This document shows, piece by piece, positions 19,496 to 29,453 of a stretch of DNA of 64,000 bases. The first letter of the stretch is position 1; each line of letters begins with the position of its first letter. The stretch lies in assembly GCA_963783305.1 (NCBI GenBank), contig CAWAMW010000015.1, positions 96,001 through 160,000 of the forward strand, written 5' to 3'. A program made the translations under genes and the position numbers. Under the pieces are notes generated by a model that saw only the letters and a list, made by a program, of their open reading frames with translations, did not search any database and was not told the origin of the DNA. This DNA is from an uncultured Gemmatimonadales bacterium. GTDB taxonomy: Bacteria; Gemmatimonadota; Gemmatimonadetes; Longimicrobiales; RSA9.

Positions 19496-21599
19496 GGATC
19501 GCGCGCAGCCACGCCTCGATCCCCCGCACGTGGGCCTCCGCGATCCGTCGCTGCCCCTCCGGGCTGCCCAGGAAGGCCTCCTGTGCGGGGATCATCATGA
19601 ACGCGTTCTCGGTCAGGATCGAGGGGGCCCACGTGAAGCGGGCCTGGTGGAGGTCGGCGCGGCCGACCCCCAGGTCCCGGAGCCCCATCTCGGCCAGCAG
19701 CTCGCGCTGGACCGCCCACGCCAGCCCGGCGGCGCGCGGGTGGTTGAAATAGACGCTGGTGCCGTTGTTCTCCCACGGATTCACGCCGTCGGGGAAGGCG
19801 TTGTTGTGCACGCTGACCCACAGGTCCACGTTCCGCTCCCGCGCGAGCGTCGTGCGCTCCACGAGGGACGCGGTCTCGTCGTCGCGGCGGGTCATGACCA
19901 CCGTGGCCCCGCGCGCTTCGAGAAGCGCCTCGAGTGCCAGCGCGATGCCGAGGTTGGCGTCGGCCTCGGTCAGGCCGGTGGGCCCCATGGTATAGCGGTC
20001 CGCGCCGCCGTGGCCCGCGTCGACGCCCACGACGAGGCCCCGGAGCGGGTCGGACGCGTCGATGGCGGGCGGGCGCTTCACCCGCAGGACCAGGTCGTCG
20101 CCATCCGTCCAGAACGTTTCGTAGCCCCACGGCAGACCCGTGAGGTGGAGGTCCAGTCGGAAGAGCCGGTCCGATGGCTGTCTCCATTCCGACCGGTAGA
20201 TGTACGGGTCGACACGCCCGTGCTGGAGGAAGTTGGCCCGACTGGTGGCGCCGTAGACGAGGAGGGAGAGCGACCGTTCGTCCTCCTCCACGGCGTACGG
20301 GAGCCGCCGGTCGAGCGCGACGTGCACGTCGATCCACTCCGGCTGTGGGTCCAGCCTCACCGTGGCGACCCGCGAGGTGGGCGGCTGGGTCCCGGGCGGC
20401 TGGAGCCGGGTGTCCCCGGCCGGGGTCCAGGCGTGGAGGTCATCGGTCAGCCGAACGCGGTAGGCGCCGTTCCGCTCGCCCGTCAGCTCCAGTTCCACCC
20501 CGTTCCGCCACGTGTAGTGGTACGGACCGCCGCCCGGTCCCGGGCGCGCGATCACGTGCTGATCCCCATTCTCGTCCGGCGCGTCCGGGTCCCAGCCGGT
20601 GCCCACCCGCGGACGCTGGGGGTCGGCGAGCAGGAGGTTGAGCGGCAGGGGCACGACCGCCGTATCGCCTCGCACGGCGAGGACCAGGGCGGCGCCCGTC
20701 CCCTGGGGCCGAGCGACCGCGCGGCGGATCCTGGCCGCCGTGCTGTTCCCGGCCTCCTCGGCGCTCGCCGCACCCCGCGGTGCCCCCGCGGCGCGCTCGC
20801 GCTCCCGGAACTCGGACTCCCGCGGCAGCGACGGCCGGGGCTCGCCTGTGAGCGCCGGCCACGCCGTGGTGGTGTCACCGCTGAGGATGCGCCGCGCGGT
20901 GAAGAACCCACCGTACGCGGCCAGGCCTCCGGGGGCGGAGGGGTCGGCCGCACCGGGCTGTACCTCGAAGTCCGTCGCGCTCGGCGCCGCCGTCAGGGCG
21001 CGCTCCACCAGCGGGACCCGCTCTCCGTCCGCCAGCTCCAGCCACGCCCGTCCACCGGCGGTCCCGGTGAACGACACGTCGATCCTCTCGCCGGGAAGCA
21101 CGACCCACGCTCCCGCGGGGCTCGCTGAGGCGGGGACGATCCGGGCGTCGGCAGCGGCGGCCATCGGAGCCGTGGCGGGCGGCAGCTTCACCGGGACTTC
21201 CAGCGTCTGCTCCTGCCCGCCGAGCGTCGCCCGCAGCCGGTAGACACCGTCACCGGGGACGGGAATGAAGGCGAGGAATCCGCCGTTCGGCTGTACGTCC
21301 ACCGGCTCCCCATTGATCCAGACGCGGGCACCGCCATGGCCGGTCGAGCCGAAGATGAAGTTGCGGTTGCGCGTGCTGATGGCCGCGGAGTCCCGCGGAT
21401 AGCTTACCCGGAGGTCCAACGGGCCCTCGACGGCCGGGATCGGGGCCAGCGAAGGCGCGGGTGGCTGCGGCCCCACCTCTTCCCACCCCGCCGGCTGATC
21501 GGGGGTTCGTCCGGGGGCGGTGGCGCATGAGGCGGTGAGGGCCAGGAGGGCGGAGACCGCGAGGGCGGAGGGTGCGGATCGGAGCATGGGGCTATTCAT
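19488..21599 (-). CDS. N-acetylmuramoyl-L-alanine amidase (Amidase_3) lipoprotein
   Basis: Lipobox TASC; VDAGHGG, TEADANL, MTR, SVHNN, ILTE motifs. Confidence 0.9.
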   Translation of the reverse strand: MNSPMLRSAPSALAVSALLALTASCATAPGRTPDQPAGWEEVGPQPPAPSLAPIPAVEGPLDLRVSYPRDSAAISTRNRNFIFGSTGHGGARVWINGEPVDVQPNGGFLAFIPVPGDGVYRLRATLGGQEQTLEVPVKLPPATAPMAAAADARIVPASASPAGAWVVLPGERIDVSFTGTAGGRAWLELADGERVPLVERALTAAPSATDFEVQPGAADPSAPGGLAAYGGFFTARRILSGDTTTAWPALTGEPRPSLPRESEFRERERAAGAPRGAASAEEAGNSTAARIRRAVARPQGTGAALVLAVRGDTAVVPLPLNLLLADPQRPRVGTGWDPDAPDENGDQHVIARPGPGGGPYHYTWRNGVELELTGERNGAYRVRLTDDLHAWTPAGDTRLQPPGTQPPTSRVATVRLDPQPEWIDVHVALDRRLPYAVEEDERSLSLLVYGATSRANFLQHGRVDPYIYRSEWRQPSDRLFRLDLHLTGLPWGYETFWTDGDDLVLRVKRPPAIDASDPLRGLVVGVDAGHGGADRYTMGPTGLTEADANLGIALALEALLEARGATVVMTRRDDETASLVERTTLARERNVDLWVSVHNNAFPDGVNPWENNGTSVYFNHPRAAGLAWAVQRELLAEMGLRDLGVGRADLHQARFTWAPSILTENAFMMIPAQEAFLGSPEGQRRIAEAHVRGIEAWLRAIRE

Positions 21600-21792
21600 G
21601 ATCGCTGGACAATGGTCGGAAAAGGTCGCGTACGCTCGACAGGCGACTGCGAAGTTCGCGCCAGAGCACTCGCCGGTCCCCGAGGAAGGCGCCGCGGCGG
21701 GTGAACCGCCAGTACATGGTTCGGATGTTGCTTCGGCTCGGGTCGTTCGAGGCCGCTCACCGGGAGCATAACCCCCAGGGAACAGGAACCTC

Positions 21793-23337
21793 ATGCACTT
21801 TGCGGACTGGATCGTCCTCGGTCTCTACATCGTCGTCATCGTGGGGATTGGCTTCTGGGCCAATCGGCAACAGACAGACACCGAGGCCTATTTCGTCGGC
21901 AACCGGAGCGTCCGCTGGTGGGCGGCCGGGATCTCCATCATCGCCACCTCCTTCTCGGCCGCATCCATCCTGGGCGTGCCCGGCTACGCTTTCAGCGACG
22001 ACATGTGGTACCTGCAGTACCAGATCGGGGACATCCTGGCCGCCGTGATCGTCGTGGTACTCTTCATCCCCTTCTTCCACAGCGTCCGCGGGCTCACCAC
22101 GGCCTACGAGTACCTGGAAACCCGGTTCGACCTCAAGACGCGGCTGCTCGGCTCCTCCCTCTTCAGCCTCACGGTTCTGCTGCGGGCGGGAACGCTCCTC
22201 TACGGCGCGGCACTGCTGTTCTCCGCCGTCGTGCCCACGACGCTGATCCCCGGGCTGAACGGCGTGGAAGAGGCGGTGGTCATCTTCGGCGTCATCGCCA
22301 TCATCTACACGGTGATGGGCGGGATCTCCGCGGTGATCTGGACCGACGTGGTCCAGTTCTCGATCATGAGCATCGGGATCTTCGCGTGCATGGCCGTGGT
22401 CGTGGCTGGCACACCGGGCGGCTGGCAGACGGCCTTTGCCCAGGCGGATGCTCTCGGGAAGCTGGACGTGGTGCACATCGCGGAGCCCTTGGGCGGGAAG
22501 GGGCTGCTCACGGCCATCTTCGGCTACGGTCTGCTGGCGCTGTCGCTGTTCGGGACCAACCAGCAGCCGGTGCAGCGGTACATGACCGTAAAGGAGCCGC
22601 GGGAAGCGCAGAAGGCGCTGCTCCTCGGTGTGGCCACCGGCGCGCTGGGCGTGCTGCTGTCGCTGCTCCTGGGCGTGTTCCTGTTCATCTTCTACGAGCA
22701 CTTCCCCACGCTGCTGCCCGCCGATCTCACGGCCGATCAGGTGATGCCGCACTTCGTCCGCACCGAAGTCCCGCCCATCCTCACGGGCGCACTGGTTGCG
22801 GCCGTCTTCGCGGCGGCCATGTCCAGCCTCGACTCAGCGCTGAACTCGCTCTCCGCGGCCCTGACCGTCGACTTCCTCGCCCGGTTCAGGCCTCAGGTCA
22901 CCGAGCAGAAGCGCCTGCTCTTCGCCAAGGTCGTGGTGGTCACCGCCGGCATCCTCGGCATCGTCGTGGGGATCTACGCCTCCCGTACGGAGGCGCTTCT
23001 CATCGACATGATCCTGTCCTTCATGGGCTACTTCGCGGGTGGCCTGCTGGGCCTGTTCCTGCTCGGCATGCTCACACGGCGGGCCAACGGTACCGGCGCC
23101 TTCACCGGCGCCATCATCGGCACACTGGTGGTCCTGATGGTGACGGAGAACGACTTCCGGCTGCCGCGCCTCTACGAGCTGCTCGGGTTCGAGGCGGTTC
23201 CCTTCATCTGGTCCACCGCAATCGGTCTCGCCGTGACCCTGGTGGTGGGCTACCTTCTCTCCCTCCCTGGAGGCCGCGTCCCGGCGCATCGGCTGGAGAC
23301 CACCACCATGCGCGGGAGCCCCGGGCCGAACGGTTGA
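21793..23337 (+). CDS. Sodium:solute symporter (SSS family)
   Basis: About 13 TM helices; YFVGNRS, YEYLETRF, GGISAVIWTD, AAAMSSLDSALNS. Confidence 0.95.
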   Translation: MHFADWIVLGLYIVVIVGIGFWANRQQTDTEAYFVGNRSVRWWAAGISIIATSFSAASILGVPGYAFSDDMWYLQYQIGDILAAVIVVVLFIPFFHSVRGLTTAYEYLETRFDLKTRLLGSSLFSLTVLLRAGTLLYGAALLFSAVVPTTLIPGLNGVEEAVVIFGVIAIIYTVMGGISAVIWTDVVQFSIMSIGIFACMAVVVAGTPGGWQTAFAQADALGKLDVVHIAEPLGGKGLLTAIFGYGLLALSLFGTNQQPVQRYMTVKEPREAQKALLLGVATGALGVLLSLLLGVFLFIFYEHFPTLLPADLTADQVMPHFVRTEVPPILTGALVAAVFAAAMSSLDSALNSLSAALTVDFLARFRPQVTEQKRLLFAKVVVVTAGILGIVVGIYASRTEALLIDMILSFMGYFAGGLLGLFLLGMLTRRANGTGAFTGAIIGTLVVLMVTENDFRLPRLYELLGFEAVPFIWSTAIGLAVTLVVGYLLSLPGGRVPAHRLETTTMRGSPGPNG

Positions 23338-23363
23338 CCGCCGGGGCTGATGGCCACCCCGGC

Positions 23364-23379
23364 AGGCATGGGCGTTGCA
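23364..23379 (+). promoter_or_regulatory. Sigma-54 (-24/-12) promoter
   Basis: AGGCAT-GGGCG-TTGCA (GG-N10-GC) upstream of gene 23426. Confidence 0.55.
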
Positions 23380-23425
23380 CGGGGCGGGGGACGAACCACT
23401 ACGGCGTATCCAGCAGGAGGAACCG

Positions 23426-24067
23426 TTGCTAGGCGATCTGTTCGAACGACTCGGCGCCACCCTTGGCACGCTCGACGCCAACCTTCGGGGGATGAGCGGC
23501 GCCAGCGCGAGACATCGGCCCCGTCAGGTCGCGGTCTATGACCCGGACTCCGGGGATGTCCACGACCTGGAGGACGATGCCACGGAGACGGTCCAGAACG
23601 CCGCGATGGCCGCCGGCGCCGCCTGGCTCCTCTCGCGGGTGTTCCGCCCCCGCGATGTCAGCTGGCCACGGGTCGTGATCGCCGGCATTGCGGCCACCGC
23701 CCTGGCCGACATGGTCGGACGCTACCGGGAGGACGCGCCCGCCGCGGGCCGCCTGCCCTATGCCGAGGACCCCGAGGAGCTCATGGCCCGCTTCGGCGCC
23801 GGAATCGCTGTCGCGGCCGCTTACGCGTCGCTCCTCTACCCGAGGATCCCGGGCCCGCCGCTGCTGCGCGGACTCGCGTTCGGCGCGCTGGAGATCGCCG
23901 CCGCGCCCCGGGGCGGGCTCATGGCGCTGGCCTCGGAGGCGCCCGGAGTGAGGTTCCCGCTCCAGACGCTGGCGCTGCCCGTGGACGAGGATGCCGGCCC
24001 CATGTCGCACCTCGCGTTCGGACTCGCGCTGGGGTTCCTGTACCGGTACGAGAGCGACGACGACTGA
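23426..24067 (+). CDS. Hypothetical membrane protein
   Basis: AGGAGG RBS 5 bp before TTG 23426; several hydrophobic segments, C-terminal HLAFGLALG. Confidence 0.7.
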   Translation: MLGDLFERLGATLGTLDANLRGMSGASARHRPRQVAVYDPDSGDVHDLEDDATETVQNAAMAAGAAWLLSRVFRPRDVSWPRVVIAGIAATALADMVGRYREDAPAAGRLPYAEDPEELMARFGAGIAVAAAYASLLYPRIPGPPLLRGLAFGALEIAAAPRGGLMALASEAPGVRFPLQTLALPVDEDAGPMSHLAFGLALGFLYRYESDDD

Positions 24068-24108
24068 CGTCGCGGTGAGCGACCGGAGCGCGCTGGAGGC
24101 CCGGCCGA

Positions 24109-25263
24109 CTATCGGCGGTCGGGCCTCCCGGGCGTATAGGAGCCGAGGACCCGGGGGCCGCTGGCGCCCGTGACCGACGGCAGGTTTGCGGGGCGGCCGG
24201 CGAGGTGTGCCCAGGCGAGGACCGCGAATGCGACCGCCTCCTTGGCGTCGGGCTCGAACCCGAGGACCTCGGCCGTCCGCACCGGCACGGACGCCAGGGC
24301 CTCCTGCAGCATGCCCATGAGGGCCGGGTTCCGGGCGCCCCCTCCGCTCACGACCACCTCCCCGTCCGCTCCCGGCGGCGCCCATCGCTCCACCGCCCGC
24401 GCGATGCTGCGAGCGGTCAGGGCCGTGAGTGTGGCGACCAGGTCGGCCCAGGTGTCGGGGTCCGACGGCCGACGGCGTTCCACGAGCGTCTGGACATAGC
24501 GCCGACCGAAAGACTCGCGGCCGGTGGACTTGGGCGGCGCGCGGTGGTAGAACGGGTCGTCGAGGAGCTCCCGGAGCAGCGCCTCGTCGACCCGGCCGCG
24601 CCGCGCCAGCTCGCCATCCCGATCGAACTGAGTACGCCCATTGGTGGCGAGCTCCGCGGCGGTGTCCATGAGCGCGTTGCCGGGGCCGGTGTCGAACGCG
24701 ATCACCGGCTCCTCCGATCCCATGGGCGGGAGCCGCGTCAGGTTGGCCATTCCGCCGATGTTCTGGAGCACGCGGACGTGGTCCGTGGCGTAGAGGAGCT
24801 GGTCCACCCAGGAGACCAGCGGGGCTCCCTCTCCGCCGGCCGCCATGTCGCGGCTCCGGAAGTCACTGACGACGGGAATCCCGGTCCGCTCCGCGACCGT
24901 GGCGGCGTCACCGAGCTGGAGCGTGGCACCGCGCTGTCCGTCCCGGGGTGGCTGGTGCCAGACCGTCTGGCCGTGTGAGCCCACGAGGTCCACCGCGTCC
25001 AGCTCGACGCCCGCCCCCTCACAGACCCGGAGCACCGCGTCGGCGAACCAGTCGCCCAGGCGGCCGTGAAGCCGCGTGAGCGACGCGGCGTCCCCCTCCA
25101 GGATGCACGCGTGGATCTCCTCGCGTCGATCCGCCGAATAGGCCAGCGAGTCGAACGCCAGCAGGCTCAGGTTGGGACGCCCCTCTGCTCCCTCGTCGAT
25201 CTCGACCAGGGCCGCGTCAATGCCGTCCAGCGAGGTGCCGGACATGAGCCCCACGACCTTCAC
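24109..25263 (-). CDS. anmK: Anhydro-N-acetylmuramic acid kinase
   Basis: GLMSGTSLDGID, SHGQT, DFRSRDMAAGGEGAPL, NIGGMAN, FDTGPGN, KSTGRE, KEA. Confidence 0.97.
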   Translation of the reverse strand: MKVVGLMSGTSLDGIDAALVEIDEGAEGRPNLSLLAFDSLAYSADRREEIHACILEGDAASLTRLHGRLGDWFADAVLRVCEGAGVELDAVDLVGSHGQTVWHQPPRDGQRGATLQLGDAATVAERTGIPVVSDFRSRDMAAGGEGAPLVSWVDQLLYATDHVRVLQNIGGMANLTRLPPMGSEEPVIAFDTGPGNALMDTAAELATNGRTQFDRDGELARRGRVDEALLRELLDDPFYHRAPPKSTGRESFGRRYVQTLVERRRPSDPDTWADLVATLTALTARSIARAVERWAPPGADGEVVVSGGGARNPALMGMLQEALASVPVRTAEVLGFEPDAKEAVAFAVLAWAHLAGRPANLPSVTGASGPRVLGSYTPGRPDRR

Positions 25264-26252
25264 GAGCGCGACCCGGCGGAAGGAGCATCGGGCGGTCCGT
25301 GCCCATCCGCGTCGGACGCCAGTCCTTCCACGATCCGACTGATCACGCCGCCCACCGCCTCCAGCCGGCGAGTGGCTTCGTCACGGCCCACCTCCAGGTA
25401 TCCCATGACGATGGCCGTCTTCACGTGCCCCTCAGCCTCGTTCAGGAGCCGCTCGGCGGCAGGGCGGTCCAGCCCCACGGTCTCCATGAGGATGCGCTCG
25501 CCCCGGTCCCTCAGCTTCTGGCAGGTGACCTGGAGGTCCACCATCAGGTTCCCGTACACCTTCCCGAGCCGCACCATGGCCGCGGTGGTGATGGTATTGA
25601 GGACCATCTTGGTGGCGGTCCCGGCCTTCATGCGGGTGGAGCCGGTGACCACCTCCGGACCCACCAGTGGCGCGATGACCACGTCGTGGGTCTCGTCCAG
25701 CTCGGCGCTCGGATAGGTGCAGAGGAGGAAGCCCGTGCGCGCACCCCGCTCCCGGGCCCGGGCCAGGGCGCCGTGTACGTACGGCGTGGTGCCGCTGGTG
25801 GCGATCCCCAGCACGAAGTCGTTCTCGCCGACCTCGCGATCGTCCATGGCCGCGGCACCGTCCTCCGGCGAATCCTCGGCCCCCTCCTGCGACCGGACCA
25901 GCGCCTCGTACCCGCCGGCGATCACGCCCTGCACCTGCCGCGGATCCGTGCCGTAGGTGGGGGGCATCTCGGAGGCATCGAGCACCCCGAGCCGACCGCT
26001 GGTTCCCGCGCCCACGTAGATCAGGCGGCCGCCCGCCTTGAAGCATTCGGTCACCAGGTCCACGCAGTGGGCGATCTCGGCCCGCTCCTCGGCCACCGCG
26101 TCGGCGACCATGCGGTCCTCGGCGTTGATCAGGTCCACGACCTCGAGGGTCGAGAGCTGATCGATTCGCGCACTGCGGGGGTTGCGGCGCTCCGTGAGCC
26201 GCTCCTCCTCGCGGGAGTGCGATTTGCTGGCGTCATCGTCGTTCCGGTACAT
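25260..26252 (-). CDS. murQ: N-acetylmuramic acid 6-phosphate etherase
   Basis: TERRN, GAGTSGRLGVLDASEMPPT, GPEVVTGSTRMKAGTATK, GNLMVD; start at 26252 or 26279. Confidence 0.97.
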   Translation of the reverse strand: MYRNDDDASKSHSREEERLTERRNPRSARIDQLSTLEVVDLINAEDRMVADAVAEERAEIAHCVDLVTECFKAGGRLIYVGAGTSGRLGVLDASEMPPTYGTDPRQVQGVIAGGYEALVRSQEGAEDSPEDGAAAMDDREVGENDFVLGIATSGTTPYVHGALARARERGARTGFLLCTYPSAELDETHDVVIAPLVGPEVVTGSTRMKAGTATKMVLNTITTAAMVRLGKVYGNLMVDLQVTCQKLRDRGERILMETVGLDRPAAERLLNEAEGHVKTAIVMGYLEVGRDEATRRLEAVGGVISRIVEGLASDADGHGPPDAPSAGSRS

Positions 26253-26284
26253 TCGCGTCAGAAAGTATCCCTGGACCATGGACT

Positions 26285-27481
26285 ATGCGAGACTTCCTCC
26301 ACCACGCCCGCAGCTTCCACGCCGATCTGGTCGAAATGCGGCGAGACATCCATCGGAACCCGGAGCGGTCGTTCCACGAGGAGCGCACGGCCGCGGTGGC
26401 CGCCGATGCCATTGAAGCGCTCGGGTTCGATGTCCGCCGGGGAGTCGGCGGCCATGGGGTGGTGGCGGAGATCCGCTCCGGCTCCGCCGGCAGGGTCGTC
26501 GCGCTCCGCGCCGACATGGACGCCCTGCCGATCGCGGAGTCCAACGACGTGGAGTACCGCTCCACCGTCGACGGAGTCATGCACGCCTGCGGCCACGACG
26601 CCCACACCACCATGCTCGTGGGCGCCGCCCGCCTCCTGGCCGGCGCCCGCGACGAGGGCGACCTGCCGGAGGGCACGGTCCGCCTCCTCTTCCAGCCGGC
26701 GGAGGAAGAGACCGACGCCGACAACCGGAGCGGCGCCCGGCACATGATCGACAACGGCGCGATGGACGGGGTCGACGCCCTCTTCGCGCTCCACGTAGGG
26801 CCGCACCTCCCGGCCGGAAAGATCTTCACGCGCGAGGGCGGGATCATGGCGGGCAGCGACACGTTCACCGCTCACATCCTCGGGAGCAGCAGCCACGGCG
26901 CCCGCCCCGATGCGGGTCGCGACGCGGTGGTACTGGCCGCGCATGTGGTCCTTGCGGCGCAGAACGCGGTCGCCCGGCGGATCTCCCCCATGAGCTCCGG
27001 GGTGCTCACGTTCGGTACCGTCCGGGGCGGGACGGCCGAGAACGTAATCGCCGATCGGGTCAGTCTGGATGGGACCCTCCGCTACTTCGATCCGGAGGTG
27101 CGGAAGCGGCTGCGGCAGGCACTCGGCGAGGCTCTTGACGTGGCCAATGCGCTGGGCGGCCGCCACGAGCTCGACCTCGACGAGGGCTATCCTCCCACTC
27201 TGAACGACCCAGCCATGACCCGGCTGGCCGTGGAGGCGGCCCGCACGCTCCTCGGGGAGGATGGGGTGTGGGATGCCGAGGCCATGATGGGGACTGAAGA
27301 CTTCGCCATCCTCCTCGGCCACGCGCCCGGCGCGCTGCTCTGGCTGGGCGCTGCCCCCGCGGACTCCCCGCGTGAGCTCCATCGCCCGGACATGGACATC
27401 GACGAGTCGGTGCTGCCGGTGGGCGCCGCGGTGCTGGCGGCGTGCGGAGTGGCTGGACTGCGGCCGCCACCCGTCGGCTGA
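26285..27481 (+). CDS. M20D family amidohydrolase
   Basis: RRDIHRNPE, LRADMDALP, MHACGHDAH, FQPAEE, TEDF, LH. Confidence 0.95.
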   Translation: MRDFLHHARSFHADLVEMRRDIHRNPERSFHEERTAAVAADAIEALGFDVRRGVGGHGVVAEIRSGSAGRVVALRADMDALPIAESNDVEYRSTVDGVMHACGHDAHTTMLVGAARLLAGARDEGDLPEGTVRLLFQPAEEETDADNRSGARHMIDNGAMDGVDALFALHVGPHLPAGKIFTREGGIMAGSDTFTAHILGSSSHGARPDAGRDAVVLAAHVVLAAQNAVARRISPMSSGVLTFGTVRGGTAENVIADRVSLDGTLRYFDPEVRKRLRQALGEALDVANALGGRHELDLDEGYPPTLNDPAMTRLAVEAARTLLGEDGVWDAEAMMGTEDFAILLGHAPGALLWLGAAPADSPRELHRPDMDIDESVLPVGAAVLAACGVAGLRPPPVG

Positions 27482-27495
27482 CGCGAGCACCCCCT

Positions 27496-28344
27496 TCAGG
27501 AGACGGACGCCCGCAGGCCGGTGGCGCGCAGCGAGCCGGGAGTGGGCTCCGCCTTCCACCATGGACCGGACACCGCATGATGCACCCGAAGGTCCCAGTC
27601 GGGTGGGAGGGCCACGCCCACGCCGCGCGTCTGCGGCAGGCGCTTCGGGTCCCGGATGGCCGCCGCCTCGCGGGCCAGCTGGTTGTGCAGCTCCACGACC
27701 GCACGCAGTCGCCGGAAATGGCCGTCCCGGGCTCCGGGCACCTGCCGAATTCCAACGTGCCAGTCCGCGCCCGTCTCGGCGCTGTCGGCGATCCCCGTGA
27801 GAATATCGAAGAACTCATCGTCGATGAGGGCGTCGAGCGCTTCCACGTACTCGGCGTCCAGCGAGGTCCCGTAGACGCGGATCACCTCCCGCAAGGCCTC
27901 CCGGCCTGCGCACAGCTCCCGCGCCAGCCAGGCGCTCCAGCTCAGCGCGGCGTCCTCCACCGACGGTGCCGCGGGATCGATCTCGGCCAGGACCAGGGTG
28001 TGGTGCGGCTCCAGCAGCTCTAGCATGGAGTCCGGCGGGTACCGGGGCGGGTTCCGAAGGCCGCCCTTCAAGACCACACCCCAGACCTCCAGCAGCCGCG
28101 TCAGCGCCCGACTGCCCCGGCGGAAGGCGCCCAGCGAGCTCTTCAGCCGGCGAACCCGGTCCTGCCGCTCGAGGAACCGCTGCACGAAGACCAGCGTCAG
28201 GAGGATGGCCAGCGTCTCGGTGGCCAGGTTGGGACCGAAGCGCTGGATCGTGGCGTTGTCCGGAGCGAGCTGGCTCACGGCCGCGGCCGCCACTACCAGT
28301 CCGCCCAGGATCATGTACAGAACAGGCCAGTGGCCGCGACCCAT
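27496..28344 (-). CDS. Hypothetical protein with two N-terminal TM helices
   Basis: GAGGA RBS; TM-NLATE-TM architecture followed by a helical domain. Confidence 0.7.
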   Translation of the reverse strand: MGRGHWPVLYMILGGLVVAAAAVSQLAPDNATIQRFGPNLATETLAILLTLVFVQRFLERQDRVRRLKSSLGAFRRGSRALTRLLEVWGVVLKGGLRNPPRYPPDSMLELLEPHHTLVLAEIDPAAPSVEDAALSWSAWLARELCAGREALREVIRVYGTSLDAEYVEALDALIDDEFFDILTGIADSAETGADWHVGIRQVPGARDGHFRRLRAVVELHNQLAREAAAIRDPKRLPQTRGVGVALPPDWDLRVHHAVSGPWWKAEPTPGSLRATGLRASVS

Positions 28345-28473
28345 CAACGGCTTCCTCCTCGCCAGAAATGCAAGACGGGTCCGCCCTGGACCCGTCTCCC
28401 CGCGTCGGGGATACGCTCCCGCGAAGTTAGCGCATTCCGCGCGATGGACGCGACCCCCGAGATCTCGCGACGC

Positions 28474-29325
28474 CTATCCCGAGACCGTCCGGGTGACGAT
28501 GACAGGCTGATCCACTCGGATCACCACCTCGGCGCCCTGGGGCAGAACGGCATCCACATCGGTGGTGCCCATGGCGATGGCCGTTCCGGCGGCCGCGCCG
28601 ATCGCCGCCCCCTTCAGGGTCGACTCCTTGTCCTTCCCCAGCACCTGCCCGAGGATGGCACCCGCGGCGGCACCCGCGGCCACCTTCCCGGCCGATTCAG
28701 CCGTGCTCGTGCGCGTCCGCTGCTGCACCTCGGCGCTCTGCACCGTGGCCTGCAACGGGTAGCTCTCACCCCCGAATGAGATGGCCTCGAACGCCAGCTT
28801 CATCGCCGCGGTCTGCCCCACCCGGCCCGACGGCGCCACCGCCGTCACACGACCCCGCACCGTCGCGCCCGCCGGCACGATCACCGTGCCATCGGCGTCC
28901 ACGATCGGCCGCTCCAGCCGCGCCGTGAACGAGTCGCCCGCCTTGTTCTGCTCCGTGGACAGCGTCTCATTCATGCGGATCGCGATCGTGGTCCCGGTGG
29001 GTACGGTCATCGACACCGTCCGCGGCTGCGGGGTCGGGGTCGAGCGCTGCGTCTCCGGCTGGCTCGGCCGCGGCCGAGGAGTCTGCTGCCGCGGTGCCTG
29101 CGCACCCGGCTGCGGCACGGGCGGGGTCCCCGCACCGGGGTCCGCCACGGCGGTGTCCTCGAATGTGGTCGCGGAGGTGTCCCCCTGGAGGGCCAGATCC
29201 AGCTCCCGGTCCAGCTCCTCGTCCTGCAGCGCCGCCCGGTCGTCCCCGCTATCGCCGCACGCGGCAGAACCGAGGGCGAGCGGGGCGATGAGCAACATGG
29301 CCGCTGCGATAGTGCGTCGTTTCAT
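28474..29325 (-). CDS. Lipoprotein with Pro-rich linker, TrbI/VirB10-like beta domain and glycine zipper
   Basis: SAAC lipobox; VPTGTTIAIRM...GDSFTARL...VPAGATVRGRV; GAAAGAILG..GAAIGAAAG. Confidence 0.8.
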   Translation of the reverse strand: MKRRTIAAAMLLIAPLALGSAACGDSGDDRAALQDEELDRELDLALQGDTSATTFEDTAVADPGAGTPPVPQPGAQAPRQQTPRPRPSQPETQRSTPTPQPRTVSMTVPTGTTIAIRMNETLSTEQNKAGDSFTARLERPIVDADGTVIVPAGATVRGRVTAVAPSGRVGQTAAMKLAFEAISFGGESYPLQATVQSAEVQQRTRTSTAESAGKVAAGAAAGAILGQVLGKDKESTLKGAAIGAAAGTAIAMGTTDVDAVLPQGAEVVIRVDQPVIVTRTVSG

Positions 29326-29383
29326 GGGCGCCTCCCGGTGCCAACCCTGCTTGTTTCAACGTGGAAAAGCCATTAGGATTCGG

Positions 29384-29398
29384 GCAATTGATATGCCA
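29384..29398 (-). promoter_or_regulatory. Sigma-54 (-24/-12) promoter of the glycine-zipper lipoprotein gene
   Basis: Minus strand TGGCAT-ATCAA-TTGC, about 60 bp upstream of ATG 29325. Confidence 0.7.
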
Positions 29399-29453
29399 TG
29401 ACAGGCCGTAGACCCCCACCCGGCGGTCTACGGCCTTCTTCGAATGGAGCGGC

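Noticed and set aside
28474..29325. Type IV secretion system
   Set aside because: Only a stand-alone VirB10-like beta domain; no other T4SS genes.
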